Shown one piece after another: positions 21,934-30,810 of a stretch of DNA of 31,585 nucleotides (positions within the stretch are counted from its first letter, which is position 1; every line of letters begins with the position of its first letter). The position numbers and the translations under genes were made by a program. The stretch covers positions 1 through 31,585 of the forward strand of contig CAYZRF010000022.1 in NCBI GenBank assembly GCA_964480775.1, written 5' to 3'. The stretch is from an uncultured Nitrososphaerota archaeon. Its GTDB lineage: Archaea; Korarchaeota; Korarchaeia; Korarchaeales; Korarchaeaceae. Under the pieces are notes generated by a model that saw nothing but the letters and a program-made list of their open reading frames with translations, did no database searches and was not told where the DNA came from.

Positions 21934-24834
21934 GTGATCTGCTTCGCTAGACGGGGATTTGAAGAATTCGCAGAGAAGATTAGGGAGATAGAGAAAAAGT
22001 GGCAGAAAGAGTGGAAAGAGAAGAAAGTTTTCGAGGCTAATCCCCGTTCCGATAAGCCTGGTTTCCTCTTCACAATACCTTATCCCTACACTTCTGGACC
22101 ACTTCACATAGGACATGGTAGAACATATGCTGTGGGCGATGTCTTCGCAAGGTACTTCAGGATGAAGGGGTATAACGTGCTTTTCCCAATGGCATTTCAC
22201 ATAACTGGCACTCCCATAGAGGCTATATCAGCGAGGATTAGGAGAAAAGATCCTAAGACTCTGCAACTTTACAAATCCTATGTTTCTCTATACATAAAGG
22301 ATCCTAAGGAAGTAGAAGAAGTAGTTTCCACGTTCGTTGAACCTATGGCGGTGGCAAAATTCTTTTCTGGAGTCATAAGTAGCGATTTCGATGCGCTTGG
22401 TTGTTCAATAGACTGGAGACATAAGTTCACAACAGGGGATCCTGAGTACAATGCCTTTGTATCTTGGCAATTCCTCAAGCTAAGGGAAAGGGGATATATC
22501 ACCCAAGGCACCTATCCTTTGCTCTTTTGCCCCGAGGAAAGGCAGGCAGTAGGGGAAGACGACATAATGGGAGGAGATGAGATAGCTGCCGAAGTTCAAG
22601 AATTCGTCGGGGTAAAGTTTAGAACGAGGGATGGAAAAGTACTCTTGGCATCCACACTTAGGCCAGAGACTATTTTCGGTGTTACAAACGTTTGGGTTCA
22701 TCCTGAGGAGAGCTATGTAGAGCTTGATCTCAAAGATGAGAAATGGGTTGTTTCTGAGAAGGCAGCGGATAAACTCAAGCTCCAAGGATGGGATTTCAAG
22801 CTTCTTAGGAAGTTTAAAGGTAGAGAACTCGTAGGTTTAAGGGTTAGAGCTCCAAACGGAGCAGAGGTACCTGTCCTCCCAGCTTCATTTGTGGATGTAA
22901 ATAATGCAACTGGCATTGTTTATAGCGTTCCAGCTCACGCACCTTTTGATTATGTAGCGCTTGTTGATGTAAAAAGGGATCCCGAGAAGTTTGGTGTTGC
23001 CAAAGAGCTTGTTGATCCGATAGAGCCAATACACATAATAGATGTTCCAGGCTACGGCGAGTTCCCAGCGAAGGAAGCAGTAGAAAAGAGAGGAATAAGG
23101 AGCCAAGAAGATTTCCATGGTCTCGAAGAGGCAACGAAAGAGATCTATAAAGCGGAATTTTACGGAGGGATCCTCGTCGCAGGACCTTTTGCTGGAACTA
23201 AGATAGCAGAAGTCAAGGAAAGAGTTGTTTCATGGTTAAGAGAAAAGGGAGATGCGGTTCCAGTATATGAGGTCACGGCTAAAGTCCTGCCAGTTCGTTG
23301 TAGGTGTGGAGCAGAGGTAATGGTCGCAGTCCTGCCCGACCAGTGGTTTTTAGATTTTAACGCTCCTGGCTGGAAGCAAAAGGCCAGAAAAGCGCTGAAT
23401 AACATGGATATTATTCCTGAAGTGTATCGTAGACTCTTTGAGGACACAATTGAGTGGCTGGACAAGAGGCCGTGCGCCAGGAAGAGAGGGATAGGAACTA
23501 GGCTTCCATTTGATCCTGAGTGGATAATAGAATCGCTGAGCGATTCCACCATATACATGGCTTTCTACACAGTTATACATCATATAAGGAGGTTAAAGCT
23601 TTCAAAAGAGGATCTGAAGCCAGAATTCTGGGACTACGTTTTCCTAGGCAAAGGAGATCTTGAGCAAGTAAGCAGAAATGTGGGCATAAGCGTAGAGGAT
23701 TTACGCAAAATGCGAGAGGAGTTCCTTTACTGGTATCCTGTTGATCAAAGGCACACCATGATAGCACACATAACGAATCACCTTACATTCAGCATATTCC
23801 ATCATGCTGCCATTTTCGAAGAGAAACATTGGCCAAGGAGGTTCACGCTAAATGAACCAGTCATTAGAGAAGGAGCCAAAATGTCCAAGAGCAAAGGAAA
23901 TGTCATACCTCTTGTGGACGTCCCTAAGAGATATTCGGCCGATTGGTTCAGGCTTTATGTTATTAGTGCGGCTGATCTGGGAACGGTGCTGGACTGGAGG
24001 GAAGCTGGAGCCAGAACTGTAGGTAATAGCTTAAGAAGGTTCTATGAGCTTACTCAGCAGATAATTACAAGCTCTCAGTCTGGCGATCGAGCCGAAAACG
24101 AGCTTCTTGAAAAGTGGATAGTTTCTCGAATGAACAGCGCGATAAAGGAAGTGGATGAGATGTTTTCATCCTTTAAACCGAGAGATGCATCGATAAGAGG
24201 TTTCTTCATAGCCCTTAGAGACATGGAGACCTATATTAGATACGGCGGACGAAACTTCATGCTGTTGAGAGATTTACTAGATAAGTGGATTAGAATCTTG
24301 GCTCCAGTGATTCCTCACTTGGCTGAAGAGATCTGGCATCAGTTGGGGCACGAGGATTTCATCTCTCTAGCTCCATGGCCAGAGTTTGACGAGGGAGCCA
24401 TTGACTTAGAGGCAGAAACAGCGTATCATATAGTTGAGAGCACTATAGAAGACGCAAACAGCGTACTAAAGGTATTGAAGGGGAAACCTGAAACGTTGAA
24501 GATCATAGTGGCCCCAGAATGGAAGTATCAAGAGATAGAAATTTTGAAACAGCTTAAGCCTCCAATAGATATTAAGAAAGCTATGTCCGTTGTAAGAGAA
24601 TTCTTAAAAGAGAGGGGAAAGGAAGCTAAAGATCTCGTTATGGAGTTCGTTAAGGAGCATGGTGCATGGATTAACACTGAAAGAGAAATGGAGAAGAAAA
24701 TGTTAGAGGCACTGAAACCTATGATAGCTGAGAAAACTGGAGTGAAAAAGGTAATTATCGAGGAAGCGGAATATTCGAAGGAGGAGAGAGCGTCTAGAGC
24801 ACTACCTGGGAAGCCAGCCCTAGTGTTCGTTTGA
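21934..24834 (+). CDS. leuS: leucine--tRNA ligase (archaeal type)
   Basis: HIGH (PLHIGHGRTY) and KMSKS (GAKMSKSKGN) class-I signatures, a large CP1 editing insertion, and a length of 966 aa. The GTG start at 21934 is uncertain by a few codons. Confidence 0.95.
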   Translation: MICFARRGFEEFAEKIREIEKKWQKEWKEKKVFEANPRSDKPGFLFTIPYPYTSGPLHIGHGRTYAVGDVFARYFRMKGYNVLFPMAFHITGTPIEAISARIRRKDPKTLQLYKSYVSLYIKDPKEVEEVVSTFVEPMAVAKFFSGVISSDFDALGCSIDWRHKFTTGDPEYNAFVSWQFLKLRERGYITQGTYPLLFCPEERQAVGEDDIMGGDEIAAEVQEFVGVKFRTRDGKVLLASTLRPETIFGVTNVWVHPEESYVELDLKDEKWVVSEKAADKLKLQGWDFKLLRKFKGRELVGLRVRAPNGAEVPVLPASFVDVNNATGIVYSVPAHAPFDYVALVDVKRDPEKFGVAKELVDPIEPIHIIDVPGYGEFPAKEAVEKRGIRSQEDFHGLEEATKEIYKAEFYGGILVAGPFAGTKIAEVKERVVSWLREKGDAVPVYEVTAKVLPVRCRCGAEVMVAVLPDQWFLDFNAPGWKQKARKALNNMDIIPEVYRRLFEDTIEWLDKRPCARKRGIGTRLPFDPEWIIESLSDSTIYMAFYTVIHHIRRLKLSKEDLKPEFWDYVFLGKGDLEQVSRNVGISVEDLRKMREEFLYWYPVDQRHTMIAHITNHLTFSIFHHAAIFEEKHWPRRFTLNEPVIREGAKMSKSKGNVIPLVDVPKRYSADWFRLYVISAADLGTVLDWREAGARTVGNSLRRFYELTQQIITSSQSGDRAENELLEKWIVSRMNSAIKEVDEMFSSFKPRDASIRGFFIALRDMETYIRYGGRNFMLLRDLLDKWIRILAPVIPHLAEEIWHQLGHEDFISLAPWPEFDEGAIDLEAETAYHIVESTIEDANSVLKVLKGKPETLKIIVAPEWKYQEIEILKQLKPPIDIKKAMSVVREFLKERGKEAKDLVMEFVKEHGAWINTEREMEKKMLEALKPMIAEKTGVKKVIIEEAEYSKEERASRALPGKPALVFV

Positions 24835-24900
24835 TCGACAAGCGGGGAACAGTTAGAAAACAATAGGAACTCACAGCACACGACTGTAAAGGGCTTGAGA

Positions 24901-25767
24901 CTAATAATACCAATTTTCATTAAAGGGTTCATTTGCCCAAGAGAACCAGCTTCCTTCTCCCAAACAGGCAGTCCTTATACTACATTCCTTGCAATTAGGA
25001 TTCTCATTGGTGCAAATGAATCTGCCGTGAGACCATAAGAAGTCATCAAGCAAGAAAGGAGATATTTTTGCTTCCTTTGCCACTATTTTGAACGCAGTTC
25101 TTGTCATCATTCTCAAAACGATGTCTTCTTCCAACGTAGAGTCCCTTTCATTTCTCAGCAAGGGAAACCAAGATTTTTCAAGCCTTAACAGGCCAGTTCT
25201 TATAGCAATTCTGAGCAGATGATTGTCCACTGGAACCTGTTCGTTTTCCAAATCTTTTGGAGTGAAAATGCCTCTTTTCTTCAGAAATTTCATTAAAAGA
25301 AATGATTTCTTCTCAACAGGATCCGAATAAGCGATAAAGGTCTTTAGAAGCTCTAAAAGTCCTGGATCCTTTGGATTACCTTTAATCTTCCCCATGGCTT
25401 TATCTAGGAGGTTCAGCGACTTACCGTCATGTAATATCATCAGCTTTGAACCCAAATCCCTGAGCAAGGCCACTCTAACCTCCGGATCCTTTAATATAAC
25501 TCCTTCAGGCATAAACACCTCTTTGAAATCGTTCAACGAAATATTCGCCATGTTTTTTGGGATATAGAAATTAGGATCGACATCGTACTTGAGTTTCACT
25601 AGTCTAAATAAAAGATCTGAACCGAAAAACAGTTCTCCTTTTATTTCTTTCTGATATGTGCTTCCTATTCTTGTTCTATGATCAATGGCTGTCATAAACA
25701 AGAAGTAGGAGGTTACAATTTCTTTTTCCTCATCCTTTCCGGGAAAAAAACCTTTCATCGAATGCAT
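24901..25767 (-). CDS. HhH-glycosylase-superfamily-like protein with an EndoIII-type C-X6-C-X2-C-X5-C iron-sulfur cluster loop
   Basis: The C-terminal CTNENPNCKECSIRTAC (24964-25014) has exactly the endonuclease III [4Fe-4S] spacing. VPVDNHLLRIAIRTGLL resembles the VDTHVxRvxxRlGl helix of EndoIII/MagIII-type enzymes. I could not find a canonical HhH-GPD motif. Confidence 0.55.
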   Translation of the reverse strand: MHSMKGFFPGKDEEKEIVTSYFLFMTAIDHRTRIGSTYQKEIKGELFFGSDLLFRLVKLKYDVDPNFYIPKNMANISLNDFKEVFMPEGVILKDPEVRVALLRDLGSKLMILHDGKSLNLLDKAMGKIKGNPKDPGLLELLKTFIAYSDPVEKKSFLLMKFLKKRGIFTPKDLENEQVPVDNHLLRIAIRTGLLRLEKSWFPLLRNERDSTLEEDIVLRMMTRTAFKIVAKEAKISPFLLDDFLWSHGRFICTNENPNCKECSIRTACLGEGSWFSWANEPFNENWYY

Positions 25768-25907
25768 TTAGCATTGGCTTAGCGCTAGAGACATTTTCAG
25801 CTAACTTTTTCACTATTCTCAGGTCTATTCTCACATAAATCACCTTTTAATGATCTGGCTATAATTAAGGTAGGTTTTAACTAAAGAGGTCCTTTTATGA
25901 GAGGGAA

Positions 25908-26960
25908 TTGTATTTAGAGACATTCTCGCAGATCGACAGAGAACTGGGTCTGCTTTTTTATGCTACAAACACTCATGGGATTGACGGTAGAATAAAGGAG
26001 AGGCCAGAAGACTTCATTGTAGTGGAGAACTCTATTATAGAGGCAGATGAGTTTGGGAATCATCTCGTACTAGTGATCTGGAAGAAAGACCTCTCTACAA
26101 GGGAAGTCATCAGCCTAATAGCTGATAAGCTGAAGATAGGAAGAAAAGTTATAGGCGTGGCTGGACTAAAGGACAAAAAAGCCATTGCGGTTCAGAAAAT
26201 CTCCATCCCCTATGAAGAAATAAACCCTGAAGATCTTGAAGTTGAGGATCGCTTGAAGGTTTTAGGCTATTTTAGGGCAAAAAGAAAAGTTAGGGTGGGA
26301 TATCTAAAGGGGAACTTCTTTAAAATCAAGGTTAAGGACGTGGAAAATACAGAGGTAATAAATGAAACGATTTTGCAGTTGAAGAAAAGGGGATGTCCTA
26401 ATTACTACGGATATCAACGGTTTGGAGGACGGACCAGGAATCACGAGCTGGGAAGATTGATTCTTGAGGGAGATTACGACGAGTTAGTGAGAAGAATTGG
26501 ATTGAAGAAAAGAATATCTGGGATAAGAGATGTATTGAGGCTAGATCTAAGGCTTCTGAGGTTCTTCATAAATTCATATCAGTCCTACTTGTTTAACCTA
26601 ATGATTTCTGAAAGAATGAGAAGAGGGCATCCCTTAAATGAGCCTATTGATGGAGATTTCATAAAAGGAGGGAAACCTGCTTTCCCGGTAGTTGGTTATA
26701 AGTCCAAGCTACCAAAAAATGAAGCAGGAGACATAGTCGAATCAGTTTTGGAGAGAGAGGGGGTAAAGCCAGAGGATTTCAAACTTGAGGTAAGGAAGCT
26801 AAGAGATAAGGGAAGTCTAAGGAAAATTTCGATGACTCACAAGTTACTTAACGTCGATACTGGTGAAAATGATATTACATTATCTTTTTGGCTTGAAAAG
26901 GGGTGCTATGCCACAGTCTTGCTGAGAGAGTTTTGTAAGTGGGAGGAACCTCCTATTTGA
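25908..26960 (+). CDS. truD: tRNA pseudouridine synthase TruD/Pus7 family
   Basis: GVAGLKDKKAIAVQ (catalytic Asp motif GxKDxxAxxxQ), NYYGYQRFG and FINSYQSYLFN. 350 aa with a TTG start. Confidence 0.85.
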   Translation: MYLETFSQIDRELGLLFYATNTHGIDGRIKERPEDFIVVENSIIEADEFGNHLVLVIWKKDLSTREVISLIADKLKIGRKVIGVAGLKDKKAIAVQKISIPYEEINPEDLEVEDRLKVLGYFRAKRKVRVGYLKGNFFKIKVKDVENTEVINETILQLKKRGCPNYYGYQRFGGRTRNHELGRLILEGDYDELVRRIGLKKRISGIRDVLRLDLRLLRFFINSYQSYLFNLMISERMRRGHPLNEPIDGDFIKGGKPAFPVVGYKSKLPKNEAGDIVESVLEREGVKPEDFKLEVRKLRDKGSLRKISMTHKLLNVDTGENDITLSFWLEKGCYATVLLREFCKWEEPPI

Positions 26961-26973
26961 TTTTGAACTAATT

Positions 26974-27672
26974 TTATTTGAAACTAAACTTGGTAGGAAC
27001 CATTTGTTCTGGAGCTAAGAACTTTACGTCTGGCATCCTCTCAGATAACAGTTTTTGTAACGTTTTGTGCTGAGTATCGGATCCATGAACCGCTATCACT
27101 ATCTTTGGTTTGAGATCCAGCGCCATCTTCAAAGCCGCCTCGGGAGATGCCGTTGGTGAAGGTTTTCCTGTCGGAAGAATGGCTATATCTGCCTCAAAGG
27201 GCAAAGGAACATAATTTGAGTCTCCTCCGTGGAAAAGAGACCAAGTATCAGATGAAAGTCTGAAAAGCATTATTTTACCGACGTGCAATCCCTCAACCGC
27301 ACTCACATTTAGAGTTCCGACGCGAAATTCCCCAACCCTAGCAAGGAACCTCTTTTCATCTGGCACGAACTCCCTTATCTCGTCATATACAGATTCTTCT
27401 GCTATGAAGAATGCATTCGTCGATTCAAATATACCTCTAGCCGAATTTAGATTGAAATGATCGTAATGGCCGTGGGTATAAAACACAGCATCTAGTTTTT
27501 TGAGAGATTCTTCAGCTCCCTTGAGCATATCAGCAGGATCAAAGAGCACGTATTTTCCTCCTATTCCTACAAGAATTCCTGAATAGCCCAAATAGAGCAA
27601 TGACAGTTCCTTTTCGGAAGGAGAAAGCCCATAAAACTCATCCAATGGGACTTTAGACCCCATATCTTGCAC
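26974..27672 (-). CDS. MBL-fold metallo-hydrolase
   Basis: FYTHGHYDHF (HxHxDH), HGGD and a later AVHGSD. The GTG at 27672 or the ATG at 27663 could be the start. A TATA-like TTAAAATA (27695-27702, minus strand) favours the ATG. Confidence 0.8.
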   Translation of the reverse strand: MQDMGSKVPLDEFYGLSPSEKELSLLYLGYSGILVGIGGKYVLFDPADMLKGAEESLKKLDAVFYTHGHYDHFNLNSARGIFESTNAFFIAEESVYDEIREFVPDEKRFLARVGEFRVGTLNVSAVEGLHVGKIMLFRLSSDTWSLFHGGDSNYVPLPFEADIAILPTGKPSPTASPEAALKMALDLKPKIVIAVHGSDTQHKTLQKLLSERMPDVKFLAPEQMVPTKFSFK

Positions 27673-27755
27673 CGATAGCTACAAGCCCTTTATCTATTTT
27701 AACGTTTGGAACCGGGGGTACTAGATACACCTATGCAAGAAAAATGATTTTCAAG

Positions 27756-28421
27756 CTAATTTTTCTTCTTCCTAAGCTTAGGAATAAACTTACCAACCCT
27801 CTCTTGATATCTTAGGTAATCATCTCCAAACCTCTCAATAAGCATTTTTTCTTCTTCCTTCACCATGTGAACATAGCCTGGGATAGCCAACAATGGAATA
27901 GCTGCCAAGAAGTTTAGTTGAAGTAGAAAAAGACCACAGAACATGAGAAAATAGCTAAGATATGAGGGGTGTCTTACTATTCCGTAAGGACCCCATGTAA
28001 CAAGCACGTGATCTTCAGACATCTCCCAAGAAACTGAATATCGTCCTCGAGATAAAACGCTCCAACTAAATAAGAAGAATCCAAACACAAGTAGGCCAAG
28101 CCCTATCCACCTCAGAAACTGATTGTAGGGAAGGTTTATCCGTAATGATGAAAATTTAGCTTCAGAAAATAAACCTGTAAGAACGAGTAAAGGATACAGA
28201 AGGACCTCTATCCAGAAGACTATGGTTCCGAATGCCGCAAGCATAAAGACTGGATATTCTGGTGGTCTGCTTACTTCCCCCTTGCGATACCTTCTATCTG
28301 ATCTATGTCTGTGATGAATCAGGATATTCAGCACATTCAATGTGAAAAAGCAAATAAGACAAGCAATTAGGACAAATGCAGAAAAAACATCAAAAGACAT
28401 ACAAATATGGATTACTAACAT
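27756..28421 (-). CDS. isoprenylcysteine carboxyl methyltransferase (ICMT)/phospholipid methyltransferase-family membrane protein
   Basis: Multi-TM protein with GPYGIVRHPSYLSYFLMFCG and EEKMLIERFGDDYLRYQERV, the ICMT-family C-terminal signature. Confidence 0.75.
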   Translation of the reverse strand: MLVIHICMSFDVFSAFVLIACLICFFTLNVLNILIHHRHRSDRRYRKGEVSRPPEYPVFMLAAFGTIVFWIEVLLYPLLVLTGLFSEAKFSSLRINLPYNQFLRWIGLGLLVFGFFLFSWSVLSRGRYSVSWEMSEDHVLVTWGPYGIVRHPSYLSYFLMFCGLFLLQLNFLAAIPLLAIPGYVHMVKEEEKMLIERFGDDYLRYQERVGKFIPKLRKKKN

Positions 28422-28467
28422 TACACAAAAATATCAATGTCAGCTAAACCAGATGCATCCTTCATTT

Positions 28468-28485
28468 AGTTCAACATTTATTGAA
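28468..28485. promoter_or_regulatory. perfect 6-bp inverted repeat GTTCAA-N6-TTGAAC upstream of a TATA-like box
   Basis: Read directly from the sequence. It sits 14 nt upstream of TTTATAT (28499-28505) in the ICMT/DUF3160 divergent spacer and could be an operator. Confidence 0.25.
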
Positions 28486-28498
28486 CAATTGCCAAGCA

Positions 28499-28505
28499 GT
28501 TTATA
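28499..28505 (+). promoter_or_regulatory. TATA-like box (TTTATAT) for the DUF3160-like gene
   Basis: About 30 nt upstream of ATG 28535, implying a very short leader or none. Confidence 0.35.
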
Positions 28506-28534
28506 TGACCAACCATTTTTGATCCTTGAGATAA

Positions 28535-30754
28535 ATGCTTAATCGTTCTATTGTCGGAGCTGTAGTATTGCTTGTGTTAGCGACATCAGCTATATTATTT
28601 CTGAGAAATCCCTTTGTTAGAGAGCCTGATTCAGTTGAACCAGTTCCTCTCATGATGAAGAACCCAAAAGACTTTATTACTAAATTTTTTTCAACGGAAC
28701 GCATTAAGGTTCATCCTAGCATCCCAGAGTATGATTTACCACTTAGCCCGAAGGATATTTCAAACTTTGATCAGGTTACGAAGGTATTTCCTTTCAACTC
28801 TATTTCCAGAGAGAAGCTCCTGAAAAACGGGTTTTTGGTGGTAAATTGGCATGGAAATGACGTTATATTTGCATATAAATCCCTTAGTGAAAGCGGAATA
28901 CCAATATATGTGACCAGCGATTCTATGCTCCACCTGTATCATGTCCAGTTTGATCATTTATTAAGCGAAATAGAGGAAAACAGCCTATTTCCAATGCTTA
29001 CAGAACTAACAGAGGTCTTATTGAGGGAAAGCCAGAGGCAATACGACAATCTTGATGGTTCTCTGAAGGAAGCCGCGAGAAGAAATGTCGCGTACTTCTC
29101 AGTTGCCATGAAATTACTGGATGAATCTTACATACCACCGTCTTATGTTTCCAAAGAAGTTTCTGAGGAAATTAACCTGATAAAAGGACATCAGGGTTTC
29201 TTTAAGAGCCCGATATTTGGTTATGAGGAAGATTACAGCCAATACGTTCCTAGGGGACATTATACAAAGTCAGAAATCCTGAAAAAATACTTCAAGGCGA
29301 TGATGTGGTACGGCAGAATGGCCTTCTTAATAAAAGGAGGCAGGATAATTCCAGAGGAAGAAGCTAGAAGGTTGACTATTCAAGCTTCTCTGATCGTTGC
29401 AGCAATGCAGGTTGCTAAGAAAGAAAATATAAGTGGATCGGAAATATGGAGCGAAATTTACGCTGTCACTTCATTTTTCGTTGGATTTGTCGATGATCTC
29501 ACACCATATGAATATCTCCAAGCAATTAAGGAGGTTTTTGGCACTGAATTTGCGCCAATAAACCTTTCTGAAACAGTAATGTTGGACGAGCTTAGGAGAA
29601 AGCTACTTGAAATGAGAACTCCGTTAATCTTTTCTGGGACTGGAAACTGCTATGCTATGGAGCTCTCTCCCGAAGAGCTTGAGGAGTGTCTTAAGGAGAG
29701 CATGGGAATGAGGTTTATGGGTCAGCGCTTTGTTCCAGACTCTTACGTTTTTCAAAAGCTTGTTGCTCCTTCTGTTGGATCCTTTACAGGAGAAGGAAGC
29801 CCGTTTACTCTTGGTTACACTCCTTTGGGACCTACAAGGGTTTTCCCAAGGGGGCTGGATTTCATGGCCGTTCTCGGATCAGAAGAGGCTCTAAAGATCC
29901 TTCAAGGAGAGGGGGATGTGGATTACGAAAGATATATGGAAAATCTTGAGGAGCTGAGGGAGGAGTTCTCAGGTCTTAATGGGAGTGAATGGGGCAAGAA
30001 TCTCTACTGGGCTTGGATCTACACCTTGAAAGCCTTAATTGAGCCCAGAGGTGAGGGTTATCCCTCATACATGAGGACTCAGGCCTGGGAAAGAAGACAG
30101 TTGCACGCCGCCCTTGCCTCTTGGGCAGAACTTAGGCATGACACAATACTTTATACCAAGCAAAGCTACACTCCTCTTTTAACTTCTGCCCCAGTGCCCA
30201 TTCCAAATGTTACGGCGTACATTGAGCCAGTTCCTGAAGTTTACAACAGACTATCAAGCCTTGTTGAAATGACAAGAACTGGTCTAAAAGAGCTTGGATT
30301 CTTAAATCAAACCCAAGAAAAAGCGTTACTCCAGCTAAAGTACGTCTTAGATATGTCGATGGAGATATCAAAGAAGGAACTGGAAATGAAACAATTAAGC
30401 TCTGATGAAGTGATCTTCCTTGAGCAGTTTCCTGATATGCTAGAAATGATTGTAGAAGGTTTAGATGAAAGGAGCAAGAGTACAGTTCTAGTTGCAGATG
30501 TTCATACGGATCAAAACTCAAAGCTCGTTCTTGAGGAAGGCGTAGGAAACCTTGACTTGATTTTCGTCGTGGTTCCAACAGCAGAGGGATATCTCTTTGT
30601 GGCAGCTGGCCCATCCCTATCCTACTATGAGTTTAAGCAACCAATGGCTAATCGACTAACAGATGAGACTTGGAAGCAGATGCTAGAGATAAAACCTCCA
30701 AGCAGACCTAAGTGGATTTCCAGCTTCTTCGAATCCAGTCCTTTTGGCAGTTGA
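28535..30754 (+). CDS. large secreted or membrane-anchored protein, DUF3160-like
   Basis: N-terminal signal/anchor (IVGAVVLLVLATSAILFL). The length (739 aa) and the segment DYSQYVPRGHYTKSEILKKYFKAMMWYGRMAF match my recollection of the DUF3160 family. Confidence 0.6.
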   Translation: MLNRSIVGAVVLLVLATSAILFLRNPFVREPDSVEPVPLMMKNPKDFITKFFSTERIKVHPSIPEYDLPLSPKDISNFDQVTKVFPFNSISREKLLKNGFLVVNWHGNDVIFAYKSLSESGIPIYVTSDSMLHLYHVQFDHLLSEIEENSLFPMLTELTEVLLRESQRQYDNLDGSLKEAARRNVAYFSVAMKLLDESYIPPSYVSKEVSEEINLIKGHQGFFKSPIFGYEEDYSQYVPRGHYTKSEILKKYFKAMMWYGRMAFLIKGGRIIPEEEARRLTIQASLIVAAMQVAKKENISGSEIWSEIYAVTSFFVGFVDDLTPYEYLQAIKEVFGTEFAPINLSETVMLDELRRKLLEMRTPLIFSGTGNCYAMELSPEELEECLKESMGMRFMGQRFVPDSYVFQKLVAPSVGSFTGEGSPFTLGYTPLGPTRVFPRGLDFMAVLGSEEALKILQGEGDVDYERYMENLEELREEFSGLNGSEWGKNLYWAWIYTLKALIEPRGEGYPSYMRTQAWERRQLHAALASWAELRHDTILYTKQSYTPLLTSAPVPIPNVTAYIEPVPEVYNRLSSLVEMTRTGLKELGFLNQTQEKALLQLKYVLDMSMEISKKELEMKQLSSDEVIFLEQFPDMLEMIVEGLDERSKSTVLVADVHTDQNSKLVLEEGVGNLDLIFVVVPTAEGYLFVAAGPSLSYYEFKQPMANRLTDETWKQMLEIKPPSRPKWISSFFESSPFGS

Positions 30755-30810
30755 GGGAATCTCATAGCTCCTCCATATTTTTTAAACTCCTTGAAGGCAT
30801 CCTAATATGA

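Noticed and set aside
22278-23767. Series of 64-132-aa minus-strand ORFs inside leuS. The same applies to antisense or alternative-frame ORFs inside other well-supported genes: 2032-3139, 3981-4268, 5127-5330, 6199-6512, 6862-7086, 8238-8606, 9012-9561, 9784-10005, 12288-12611, 12770-13099, 13745-14660, 14811-15845, 16159-16428, 17770-18149, 18527-18835, 19256-19549, 20190-20387, 20471-20743, 21324-21518, 21885-22200, 24528-24932, 28342-28704, 28760-28957 and 30210-30614.
   Set aside because: All lie within, or mostly within, ORFs carrying strong family signatures on the other strand or in another frame. They have skewed Ser/Leu/Pro/Cys compositions and lack start signals.
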